Source of the DNA: Haplodiscus bocki
Taxonomy: Eukaryota
Direction of reading: 5' to 3'
DNA length: 64,000 bases
NCBI GenBank assembly: GCA_965655095.1
Contig: OZ296652.1
Span: forward strand, 64,480,001-64,544,000
A program made the position numbers and the translations under genes. The notes below the pieces were generated by a model. It worked only from the letters and a program-made list of their open reading frames with translations. It had not been told where the DNA came from and made no database searches. Shown here in pieces: positions 49,899-61,257 of the stretch (positions are counted from its first letter, which is position 1; each line of letters opens with the position of its first letter).

Positions 49899-52800
49899 TT
49901 AATCAGGGAGCATACGACCAAATTCGTTTTCAGGTTTCCTTTTCAATTTAATGATTTCCACTGAATATTCTGCTATACGAGTTATTTTACTGAAACAATC
50001 TTGGCAACTTTTACTTTTTTCACAAATAAAACAATTCATTTCTGGTTTTAATTCGCAACCAACACATTTTTTACTTGCATCACAGTTCTCACAACCAACT
50101 TTACGATAAGGTATCTTAATTCCGGCAGGTTCACGTTTCCATTTCAGTTTTGATATGTTTTTTAGTGTTTTCTCTCGTTCCAGATCGAGAAAATCTTTAA
50201 AAGTTATGTTATTGATGTTTTGGTTAATCCCTTTGAATGTTGTCTTTTGAGATATTATACCATTTTTATCGATAACAATGCAGTATTTAACTTTGGGAGC
50301 TAAAAACAAACCAAAGACAGTTCCGGCGTTTCCACCATAATCGTTTTTAGATTGAAATATGTCTTTAAAAACCAACCCCTTTTCTATTAGCATATTGTAC
50401 TCATTTTTGTGAATATAAACCTTTTCCGTGTCTCCATAGTGAGTTTTATTGTTTTTAAAGCCATCTAGATTCAAAATACCATCATTAATTAACCTTTTCG
50501 AATGCGATAATATGAGAGATCCAAATTGAAATGTTTGACTATTTACTTTTTTACTTACACCGTTGTCGTCTACACCATCATGATATTTCACGTTTACTAA
50601 AAAGTTTCCGTTTTTTAAAGGGATATATTCTTTAACTCTATCATCGTATTCTGTTTTCATCCAGTTTTCCGATACACCTTTTAAAACTTCATGAATATCA
50701 CATCTAATACAACCACCATACGTACCGTTGGATAATTTTTTACACATATCTTGGAAGATGTTTCTACCCTGTTTTTTATATTCGTTTCTTTTTGCCGTCA
50801 TATCTAAAATATACCCTTTGAACCGATTGTAATCGAGATTATCACAGATAAAGCCCTCGTAAAATTTTTTAATAACACCGCCAATCCTTACAACTTCTTC
50901 AAAATCAACACTGGTTAGATGTAGGGTTATGTCTCCTTTCTAAATTGGTTAATACATTCACATTTATGTTTAATTTCATCATAGACGTATTCTTTAGCAG
51001 CCATATGCTGCAGAATCAAGTTCTCGTGGTTGTGATATTTAACTTTAAAGAATCCTGTTTTATTCAAAAAAGCCTATTCGCCGGTGTTCAACAATTTACA
51101 ATATACTTCACTATCTTCCGGATTTATTGCTTTTGCTGTTTCCATCGCGGGCCAGTTTGATTTTTCATGAGCCATTGCTGAAGGATAAAAATTATTTTAT
51201 TCACTACTAACTTAGAGGTCCGATTTATCGATTTTGTTTAGTTCTTTGGAAATTGGTAGGCTAGATAGTTTTTTCTTGATGTAATTTTCGAAATGTCGTT
51301 TGTTTATTTCCCTATAATCATCGAATTTGTTTTCATTTTTTTTTCGCATAATGGTTTTTGACTTTATCTATTTTGCAGAAGTATATTTCAAATAATGTTG
51401 ATATTTCATGTTCTTTACCAAAGTATTTTTTGAGAATGTTATTTATTTGATTGAATGAGGTTGATACAAATTTGCGATTCAAAGCAACAACCCTACCACC
51501 GTGTACTGTTTTATGAATGAAATCTCGAACATTTTTATCTTTTGGTGAATAAAACGTTTTTCCTGATTGTTTCATGTATTTTCCCAAAGCGGACCATGCA
51601 AGAGAAGATTCTGTTAACGACATTTTAAAGGAAACACCTGTTATTTTTTGAATTTTGTTGCCGTGTTTTGCTACCACTGCTGCTAGTCATAATACATCGT
51701 CTATGAGATATGGTTTCCATAACTTTTCATGTTCTTTGTAATTCGATAAAGTTATTAGAATATGATCGATTTCACCTTTAAATAGTTGTGGTTGGATATC
51801 GTATTCTTTTTGCTTTTTCTTTAGGGATCCAGAGATGTGTATTTTTGAACAGACAAATTTCATGTATTGCGGTATTTATTTATCATCTTCATAAACAGTG
51901 CCAACTCTAAAGCTTAGTTTTAAAAATCCTCGAGAAGTTTTAATGATTTTCATGTTTTTGTCTGAATATTCTTTCGGTAGCGAATTCAAAACAATATCAT
52001 TATCAAAACCACTAGCATTGTGACCGATTTTTTGATATCTTTAAGACGATTTTTTGAACCCACCGCTTTTATCTTTGAAATATTTTGGCTCACCTTTATA
52101 GTTTGTGGTGATATACTTAATCATATCTAGAACAGGGTTACTGTTAGCGCGATCAAATATATGAACATGCTGTCTCTCGTTTACTATTTCTTCTTCTGTC
52201 AAATCACCGTTGTAACATTCTTTTAAACGATCTAGATGATAACAAGCTGCTGCATATGTTTCACAAAAATCTTGATAAGGCACGTTAACAATTTCGAGAT
52301 CAAAAGAAAACACCGCAAACAAACAATCTTTTTCTTTAGATATAGGGAATTTACATTCAACAATTTGTAGTAAAATGTTATCGTTAATATAGTTGGGTTG
52401 GTGTTCGGAATTCTTTTCTAATTCTTTGATCGCATCCGTGAATTTTGTTTTCTCCAATTTCCATATCACACAAAATTGCTTTTTATGGATAAATAGACAA
52501 ATTCTTCGTTCAGTAACCGATCTAGGTAGAATTTCTTGTTGTTTTGGGTTGTAGACACCGAGGTTGATATTGTGTTTTTCACAGAAGGGTTGTATTTTAG
52601 CGGATGTCATTTTATTCTTGTTTCTTTGCGATTCTTTAATAAACTCACGATATTGTTGAGAGAAGATTTCTTTGTATATATATTCCAAACATTTTCTGAA
52701 ACTTTCGTTTCCCTCAGGTATATAACAAACATTACCTCGATGTTCTACGATTTTCTTAAAACTATCACAACTGGTTCCATAATTACTTCGCTGTATTTTT

Positions 52801-53318
52801 TTGAATGTTTTGGTTTATCTGATTAATTCTCCTGTAAAAGTAATGTTCAGGGTTTCGTCATATTTATCGTTTATCTTCTCGATTCTTTTATCAAGTTGCT
52901 CACCGTCTATAAAAAAAGCAAAAATCGTGCTTGGGTCATTGTCGTTTATTCTAATTTCACATTTTAATATGAATGGGCATGCATCTTTAATATTTTTAAA
53001 AACCTCATGAATTGAATCATTTTCGAAAAAAACCACGTTGTGTTCTGCAATATCTAGAAGTTCTTTCAAATCAATCTCGTCATCTCGTTTAATATCATTA
53101 AAATCAAACGGATTTGTTTCACCATATTGTTCAATATCTCGAATTCTCTGGTTAACGTTGTTTAATTCAATTATTTTCTTCTGAAGTCTGGTGTTTAACT
53201 CGTTTTTGGAATCGTATAAAACATCGAGCTGTTTCTGGTTTGTGGTGTTATGTAATTTATTATTAAACACATCTGTTCTGTGTTCCAACAATTCAATTTC
53301 TTTGATGATTTGTTCCAT
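49899..53318 (-). pseudogene. Protein-primed PolB, left arm of element C
   Basis: Fragments 52815-53318, 52041-52688, 51333-51677 and 49899-50801. Motifs FSFDLE (ExoI), HNASGFD, FYPSAM, KKLSNGTYG, YGDTE, APKVKY and FKG, with a Cys-rich C-terminus. Confidence 0.9.
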
Positions 53319-53415
53319 TTATAATAATTAACTCCGTTGAATTAAAATTATTTAGGTTCATAAAGTATTTAAATTAATACATATGAAAGAATCCAATAAA
53401 TTTATGTTTAAATAA

Positions 53416-53714
53416 ATGGATGATCAAAAGCAAATGATTAAAATATGTCGTGCTTGCGGCCACGAAAGAGAGTATGATAATTATCACCGATTATATGTTG
53501 CTTGTAAAAAATGCGCTAGTATACGGTGTGCAAAACTTTACCAAAAAATAGAGAAAAAATGTTAGAAAAGTCTAGATAATATCGTGAAAAGAATAACGAT
53601 AAACTTAAACGAAACAGAAAAACAATTGAGACATGCACGGAAAATATACAGTATCTTTACAATCAGATTAACACCTTAACAGGGACGCTGAAGTCTACCA
53701 CATTAGTTGCTTAG
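53416..53714 (+). pseudogene. Small CxxC...CxxC basic protein, frameshifted; mirror of 60909-61160
   Basis: MDDQKQMIKICRACGHEREYDNYHRLYVACKKC followed by a frameshift. Confidence 0.55.
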
Positions 53715-53835
53715 AACGGTTTTGTTTCGGGGATACAACAAAAAACAACAAAATTGTTAACATTTCTAGTATTTGTATAATTATAACAGTTTAGTTTTCA
53801 AAAATTAATATTGAAATAAATATTTCTATTTTCGA

Positions 53836-54556
53836 ATGACTACTACAAAGAATCAAGTAACATGCTCGTTGTGTAATATGGAAACTGATGAATTGAAATG
53901 GAAGGAACACCTAGTTTCCACAAATTATTTACAGCTTTGTAAAGACAACAAAGATAAAATAGCACTAAAAATTTTCGAAATGATTTTCAACGTTTGTCCG
54001 AAGAAAAACAAAATATATAATTTGAAAAGTGAAAAAACACATGAGTTCTGGCAGATATATTTCTCAGCAAAACTACCTAAAGAAAAGTTTAATACAATAT
54101 GCAGCAATTCAATCGATCTATCAGAAATAGAAACTAGTCTATCATCTGATTTTCAGAATTTCATACAGAATGTTGCACCTGATATTGGAGAAACATATTT
54201 TAATCTGATGAATAAGATAAAGTTATGTAAAAAATGTAGTATCGAAGTAAATAAATCACTTCTTTTTGATCATATTAATTCAAAAGAACACAAAGAAATT
54301 GAAAATTATTTTATAATGAAATGCATGACCTATTGTGAATCATGTGATAAAAAAAATGATGAATGGAGAGAACATGTAATTTTAGAAAAACTTTTAGAAA
54401 TGAAGACAAATATTATTGTGATCTTTGCAAGAAAAAATATTCAATTGAAAAAAGATATTCTGGTGGATATGATGACAGAAGTGCAGCTGCAAAATGCAAC
54501 CACACATGTAATAGCACACATAAGCAAAATCAAGAGAGAATAGGTTCTCAGGCTAG
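53836..54556 (+). CDS. Multi zinc-finger protein (four U1/matrin-like C2H2 fingers; frameshift near the 3' end)
   Basis: CSLC..W.EHLVST, CKKC...DHINSKEH and CESC..W.EH, with the fourth finger YYCDLC...H..STH in ORF 54363. Confidence 0.7.
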
Positions 54557-55047
54557 TTTGATTTTTTATTCATTTTTTTCTAAATGAGTGATTTTACTAT
54601 TGATGTGGCAGTTAAATCAGAAAATTTAAATTCAAACTCAACAATACGATTATTTAAACAAAATATGATGTTAAAATCTATGGAAAAAAATCTAATGAAC
54701 CTAGATTAACACAAAAAGAGAACTCAAAACAAATAGAGGTTTCTGATAGTATTATTAAACGATTTAGAGATGATATTCATATGGATAGTCCTTATAAAAG
54801 AAATAACTACAAAAAGACAAAAATAAAAAATCAAATTCTACGATAACTGAAACTCTAAAACCAAACAAAATACTAAAAGTAATAAAAAGAACAATACCTT
54901 AAAAGGAGGTAATCCAGACGATGTTCATATGTCTGGAAGAGAATTAATTGAACAGACTTTTCAGGATGATAAAGTAAACTCTATTTTAGAAAACAAAGAT
55001 CATCAAGAAGATAATACTAATTTTTTTTACATTAGCTAGAAAAATGG

Positions 55048-55513
55048 TTGATAACTATTAAGATTCTTATTCTTCAATTGGATAAAATAGAATTAGAGAT
55101 AAAACGAGATCGGAACACGAAAAACAAAATTGCAGAAAAAAAAGAACTGGTATCCAATACTAATATGGTTACAAAAGAAGAACTTTTACAAAAAGTTGTT
55201 GCTAAAGATGTAATAAAAAACAAAATGATCACTGTTGCTGGTCAAATGTTTATAGAATATGAAAAAAAAATTAGATAATTCAGATAAGATAATCAAAGAA
55301 TATGAAGATTATATCGGTGATAATAAAAACAGAAACGTTATTTTAGACAAAGTTGGTGGATATATCGTAAAAGAAATTTGTTCTGAGAAAGATGGAGTTT
55401 ATAAAAGTAATTCTATCAATAGATTTTTTAAAATTTCAAATAATAACAAACGTGAAATGCTATCAAACAACTATTTTATTGAGAAAAAAACTATCAATAA
55501 CCTTTTATTATAA
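55048..55513 (+). pseudogene. Uncharacterised protein, frameshifted; mirror of 59049-59483
   Basis: Two ORFs that together match the single ORF in the right arm. Confidence 0.5.
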
Positions 55514-55936
55514 TTTTCATGCGTAAGATATAAATTCTTATAGAACTGTAGTTGATATATTGCTTCGTTGGCTAGATTATTAACAAGCTCTGTTTTCATT
55601 TAGTTTTTCTCATAACGTGTTTTTATTATCATTGAATTGGTACATTGGTTTATAAAAACATTATTAGCATGCCCTTAAATGATTTGGGTAATTTTCAGGT
55701 AAATAAGATGTATGACAAACACCACAATAAATTCTAATTCTGTTTTGTACACAATACAATTATATTAATTTAGATAAATTATTTCAGTTTTTTTAACAAT
55801 TGAATGAAAGAAACTTTGAAAAAAATTTATAAGGAGGCCTATACGAGCTATAAGAAATCTTCTTCTGTTCTCATTGAACAAAGCAGTTACCAAGGAACTT
55901 ATTGTATTGTTCACAAGTTATTGCCCCAACTATTCC

Positions 55937-56230
55937 TTATTCTCCTAGTATAACCTCAGCTCCCGCAATTGATTGTTCACCATTGTACCAACCACTATAA
56001 TGTTTTCTGAAAAATTCTTTTGAAATATTTTGATCAATGTTTTTATAATGATTAGTTTGTTTGTCTGAAAAGTCTGTTTGTACACCAACATCCGATTTAA
56101 GTGATAACTTACTTATACAATATGCGAGATCGAGATTGTTACAACTACAAGAATGTTTTCGAGATCTCAAATGATTTAGATAATTGTTATCAGAAACATT
56201 AAAGTAAATTCTGTTTTCAAAACAATTCAT
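55937..56230 (-). CDS. Small protein with a degenerate zinc finger and an LC8-type motif; mirror of 58333-58626
   Basis: HLRSRKH and DVGVQTD; conserved in both arms. Confidence 0.5.
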   Translation of the reverse strand: MNCFENRIYFNVSDNNYLNHLRSRKHSCSCNNLDLAYCISKLSLKSDVGVQTDFSDKQTNHYKNIDQNISKEFFRKHYSGWYNGEQSIAGAEVILGE

Positions 56231-56821
56231 TTTAATTTTTGGATAAATTATTTCAATTTTTTATCAATCCTATTTTTTCACACATAGCATTATAATATTT
56301 TCGTGGAATACATGTAACCCTTGATATTTCATCTAAAATCACCTTAGCCATTGTATATTCTTTTTCTAACATAACACGTTTAGATAAAGTTTCTGGGTAA
56401 TTTATCACAAAGAAGATCAGGATCAACATCTGTTATATAATCAATTAATTTGTCCGGTTTATTTGAACTATCCTCTTTATTTGAACCATCTTCTTTCCTA
56501 GTACTAACTTGTTTCCTAGAACGAACTTGTTTCCCAGAACTATCTTGTTATCTAGAACAATCGTGATTATCTGAAAAGACTGTTTGAGTGCTAGCATCTG
56601 TTTTACGAGAAGAAAAAGGACAAAATTTATTTTAATAATATGCGAGAACGTTTTTGTTTTAACACAATTGACGAAATTTTCTACCATTTTTATAATTATC
56701 CTGTGTTAAAACAATATTACACTTCGAACAATTCCCATGCTTGTTTAAGTTTTTAAAATACTCATTTGATTGTAGTGAATTTTTATCAATCATTTATTTA
56801 AAACTAAGTTGTTATTAACTA

Positions 56822-57135
56822 TTACAGAACTGTTATAACTAGACATTAACTGTTACAGAACTGTAATAACTAGACATTAACTGTTACAGAACTGTTATAA
56901 CTAGACATTAACTGATAATTTTTGGGGTGAGGACACATCTCTAAAACGTGATACAGTTACATTAAACATAACAGAACAGTTCAAATTGGAAATTAATTGA
57001 TTAGAATAAGAATTTGTTGTTCTGAAATTTCAAATTATCAGAATAAGAACAAGTTATATGAAAATTCAAATTATTAGAATGAGAATAAGTTGTTCTGAAA
57101 ATACAAGTTTTTGGAATAGGAACAAGTTATTTGTA
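56822..57135. repeat. 31-bp x3 and ~37-bp x4 tandem repeats flanking the palindrome centre (mirrored at ~57445-57765)
   Basis: ttacagaactgttataactagacattaactg at 56822, 56853 and 56884. agaataagaa-type units at 57003, 57040, 57076 and 57113. Confidence 0.85.
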
Positions 57136-57225
57136 CTTCTTAGCATCTAAGTAATTTACAATATGATAATGAAAAGCCAATTCATTAAGTCAGATAGATT
57201 ATTAAAGTACTTATAAGCGTTTAAA

Positions 57226-57345
57226 ACATCACGAGAGTTCAGGTCGAGGTCATCAGTGATGTACCTACTAAAAGGCATCTACTCATAGGGTAAATACTTG
57301 CTAGTATGTGTAATCGATGAACTCGCATTGACCTCTCCGTGACCT
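57226..57345. promoter_or_regulatory. Palindrome centre: 11-bp-periodic AG(G/T)TCA hexamers around an asymmetric hairpin core (putative origin, resolution or regulatory site)
   Basis: AGTTCA(57236)-n5-AGGTCA(57247) and TGAACT(57318)-n5-TGACCT(57329)-n5-TGACCT(57340). Function is inferred. Confidence 0.45.
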
Positions 57346-57913
57346 AGCGGAGCGTTTTAAAAATATATAAGTACTTTATTAATCTATTTGACTTCACGAT
57401 TTGGCTTTTCATTATCATATTGTAAATTACTTAGATGTTAAAAAGTACAAATAACTTGTTCTTATTCCAATAACGTGAATTTTCAGAACAACTTATTCTT
57501 ATTCTAATAATTTGAATTTTCATATAACTTGTTCTTATTCTGATAATTTGAAATTTCAGAACAACATATTCTTATTCTAATCAATTAAGTTCCAATTTGA
57601 GCTGTTCTTTTATGTTTAATGTAACTGTATCACGTTTTAGAGATATGTCCTCACCCCAAAAATTATCAGTTAATGTATAGATATAACAGTTCTGTAACAG
57701 TTAATGTCTAGTTTTAACAGTTTTGTAAGAGTTTATGTCTGGTTATAATAGTTCTGTAATAGTTAGTAACAACTTAGTTTTACATCAATGAATGATAATA
57801 ATTCACTACAATCAAAATAGTATTTTAAAAACTTAAACAAGCATGGGAATTGTTCGAATTGTAATATTGTTTTAACATGGGATAACTTTAAATAGGGTAG
57901 AACAGTTCGTATT

Positions 57914-58285
57914 TTGTGTTATAACAAAAACGTTCTCGCATATTATAAAAATAAAGTTTGTCCTAATTCTTCTCTTAAAACAGATGCTAGCACTCAAACA
58001 GACTTTTCAGATAATCACGATTGTTCTAGGAAACAAGATAGTTGTGGGAAACCTGTTAGTACTAGGAAACAAGATGGTTCAAATAAAGAGGATAGTCCAA
58101 ATGAACGGAACATATTAATTAATTTTATAACAGATGTTGATCCTGATCTTCTATATGAAAGTTTACGAGAAACTTTATCTAAAACTGTTATGTTAGAAAG
58201 TGATTATACAATGGCTAAGATGATTTTAGATGAACTCTTAAGGGTTAGATGTATTCCACGGAAACAGTATATTGCTGTGTGTTAG
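57914..58285 (+). CDS. Protein with a TQT motif and a PZ-like C-terminal helical motif (frameshifted mirror at ~56270-56690)
   Basis: DASTQTD, and DPDLLYESL...MILDELL...I...QY, which resembles the PZ C-terminus. Confidence 0.45.
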   Translation: MCYNKNVLAYYKNKVCPNSSLKTDASTQTDFSDNHDCSRKQDSCGKPVSTRKQDGSNKEDSPNERNILINFITDVDPDLLYESLRETLSKTVMLESDYTMAKMILDELLRVRCIPRKQYIAVC

Positions 58286-58332
58286 AAAATAGGATTGATA
58301 AAAAAATTGAAATAATTTATCCAAACAATAAA

Positions 58333-58626
58333 ATGAATTGTTTTAAAAACAGAATTTCCTTTCATGTTTCTGATAACAATTATCTAAATCATTTGAGATC
58401 TCGAAAACATTGTTGTAGTTGTAACAATCTCGACCTCGTATTTTGTATAAGTAAGTTATCTCTTAAATCGGATGTTGGTGTACCAACAGACTTTTCAGAA
58501 AAACAGACTAATAATTCAAAAAACATTGATCAACATATTTCAAAAGAATTATTCAGAAAACGCTATAGTGGTTGGTACAATGGTGAACAATCAATTGCGG
58601 GAGCTGAGGCTATACTAGGAGAATAA
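58333..58626 (+). CDS. Right-arm copy of the 55937-56230 protein
   Basis: Near-identical translation MNCFKNRI...AEAILGE. Confidence 0.5.
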   Translation: MNCFKNRISFHVSDNNYLNHLRSRKHCCSCNNLDLVFCISKLSLKSDVGVPTDFSEKQTNNSKNIDQHISKELFRKRYSGWYNGEQSIAGAEAILGE

Positions 58627-59048
58627 GGAATAGTTGGGGCAATAACTTGTGAACAATACAATAAGTTCCTTTGTAACTGCTTTGTTAAATGAGAACAGAA
58701 GAAGATTTCTCATAGCTCGTATAGGTCTCCTTATTAATATTTTTCGAAGTTTCTTTCATTCAATTGTTAAAAAGCTGAAATAATTTATCTAAATTAATAA
58801 AATTGTGTTGTGTACAAAATAGAATTAGAATTTATTGTGTTGTTTGTCATACATCTGTTTTACCTGAAACTTATCCAAATCATTTAAGGACATGCTGATA
58901 ATGTTTTTAGAAATCAATGTACCAATTCAATGATATTAAAAACACGTTATGAGAAAATTTAAATGAAAACAGAGCTTGTTAATAATATAGCCAACGAAGC
59001 AATATATCAACTACAGTACTATATTAATTTATATCTTACGCGTGAAAA

Positions 59049-59483
59049 TTATAATAAAAGGTTATTGATAGTTTTTTTCTCAATGAAATATTTGTTTGAT
59101 AGCATTTCACGTTTGTTATTGTTTGAAATTTCAAAAAATCTATTGATAGAATTAATTTTATAAACTCCATCTTTCTCAGAACAAACTTCTTTTACGTTAT
59201 ATCCACCAACTTTGTCTAAAATGACGTTTCTGTTTTTATTATCACCGATATAATCTTCATATTCTTTGATTATCTTATCTGAATTATCTAATTTTTTCTC
59301 ATATTCTATAAACACTTGACCAGCAACAGTGATCATTTTGTTTTTTATTACATCTTTAGCAACAACTTTTTGTAAAAGTTCTTCTTTTGTAACCATATTA
59401 GTATTGGATACCAGTTCTATTTTTTCTGCAATTTTGTTTTTCGTGTTCTGATCTCGTTTTATCTCTAGTTCTTTTTTATCCAA
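59049..59483 (-). CDS. Uncharacterised 144-aa protein of element C
   Basis: Open in the right arm and conserved in the left arm. Confidence 0.5.
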   Translation of the reverse strand: MDKKELEIKRDQNTKNKIAEKIELVSNTNMVTKEELLQKVVAKDVIKNKMITVAGQVFIEYEKKLDNSDKIIKEYEDYIGDNKNRNVILDKVGGYNVKEVCSEKDGVYKINSINRFFEISNNNKREMLSNKYFIEKKTINNLLL

Positions 59484-60009
59484 TTAAAGAAAAAGAATCC
59501 TACTAGTTATTAACCATTTTTCTAGCTAATGTTAAAAATTTAGTATTATCTTCTTGATGATCTTTGTTTTCTAAAATAGAGTTTACTTTATCATCCTGAA
59601 AAGTCTGTTCAATTAATTCTCTTCCAGACATATGAACATCGTCTGGATTACCTCCTTTTATGGTATTGTTCTTTTTATTACTTTTAGTATTTTCGTTCGG
59701 TTTATGAGTTTCAGATATCGTAGAATATGATTTTTTTATTTTTCTTTATGTAGTTATATCTTTTATAGGGACTATCCATATGAATATCATCTCTAAATTG
59801 TTTAATAGTACTATCAGAAACCCCTGTTTGTTTTGAGTTCTCTTTTTGTGTTAATCTAGGTTTAATAAATTTTTTTCCATAAGTTTTAGCATCATACTTT
59901 GTTTATGTAGTCGTAATTTTGAGTTTGAATTTAAATTTTCTTATTTAACTGCCATATCAAAAGTAAAATTATTCGTTGAAAAATTTGTAGAAAAAAGTGA
60001 AAAAAAGAT

Positions 60010-60741
60010 CTAACTAGCCTGAAAACCTAATCTTTCCTGATTTTGCTTATGTGTGCTGTTATTTGTGTGGTTGCCTTTTGCAGCTGCACTTCTGTCATGA
60101 TAAACACCAGTAAATCCCTTCTCAATTGAAAATTTTTTCTTGCAAAGATCACAATAAAATTTGTCTTCGAATTCTAAACGTTTTTCTGAAATTACTTGTT
60201 CTCTCCATTCATCATTTTTTATTCCCTTATCACATGATTCACAATAAGTCATGCATTTCATTATAAAATACTTTTCAATATCTCTGTGTTCTTTTGAATT
60301 AATATGATCAAAAAGAAGTGATTTATTTACTTCGATACTACAATTTTTAAATACCATTATCTTATCCATCAGATTAAAATATGTTTCTCCAATATCGGGT
60401 GTAACATTCTGTATGAAATTCTGAAAATCAACTGATAGACCAGTTTCTAATTCTAAATTATCGATTGAATTGCTGCATAATGTAATAAACTTTTCTTTTG
60501 GTAGTTTTGTTGAGAAATATATCTGCCAGAACTCATGTGTTTTTTCACTTTCCAAAATATATAATTTGTTTTGCTTTGGACAAGCGTTAAAAACCATTTC
60601 GAAAGGTTTTATTGCTATTTTATCTTTGTTGTCTTTACAAAGCTGTAAAAATTTTGTGGAAACTAGGTGTTCCTTGCATTTCAGTTCATCAGTTTTCATA
60701 TTACACAACGAGCATGTTACTTGATTCAATATAGTAGTCAT
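60010..60741 (-). CDS. Multi zinc-finger protein, right-arm copy with an open frame
   Basis: 243 aa with four CxxC...H..S..H-type fingers, some with degenerate ligands. Confidence 0.7.
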   Translation of the reverse strand: MTTILNQVTCSLCNMKTDELKCKEHLVSTKFLQLCKDNKDKIAIKPFEMVFNACPKQNKLYILESEKTHEFWQIYFSTKLPKEKFITLCSNSIDNLELETGLSVDFQNFIQNVTPDIGETYFNLMDKIMVFKNCSIEVNKSLLFDHINSKEHRDIEKYFIMKCMTYCESCDKGIKNDEWREQVISEKRLEFEDKFYCDLCKKKFSIEKGFTGVYHDRSAAAKGNHTNNSTHKQNQERLGFQAS

Positions 60742-60908
60742 TTGGAAAAAGAATTACTTTTTTCAATATTTTTTTGAAAACTAAACTGTTATAATTGTAC
60801 AAATACTAGAAATGTTAACAATTCTGTTGTTATTTGTTGTATCCCCGAATCAACACAGTTCTAAGCAATTAATGTGTTAGATTTCAGCATCTCTAATAAA
60901 GTGTTAAT

Positions 60909-61160
60909 CTAATTGTAAAGATCCTGTATATTTTCCGTGCATGTGTCAAAAGTTTTTCTGTTTGCTTTAAGTTTATCTTTTTTCTTTTCACGATATAATC
61001 TAGACTTTGCTAATATTTTTTCTCTATTTTTTTGGTAAAGTTTAGCACACCGTATATTAGCACATTTTTTACAAGCAACATATAATCGGTGATAATTATC
61101 ATGCTCTCTTTCGTGGCCGCAAGCACGACATATTTTATTCATTTGCTTTTGATCATCCAT
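60909..61160 (-). CDS. Small CxxC...CxxC basic protein, right-arm copy
   Basis: CRAC...CKKC followed by the basic helix YQKNREKI...R.YRE. Confidence 0.55.
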   Translation of the reverse strand: MDDQKQMNKICRACGHEREHDNYHRLYVACKKCANIRCAKLYQKNREKILAKSRLYREKKKDKLKANRKTFDTCTENIQDLYN

Positions 61161-61257
61161 TTATTTAAACATAAATTTATTGAATTCTTTCATATGTATT
61201 AATTTAAACACTTTATGAACCTAAATAATTTTAATTCAACGGAGTTAATTATTATAA

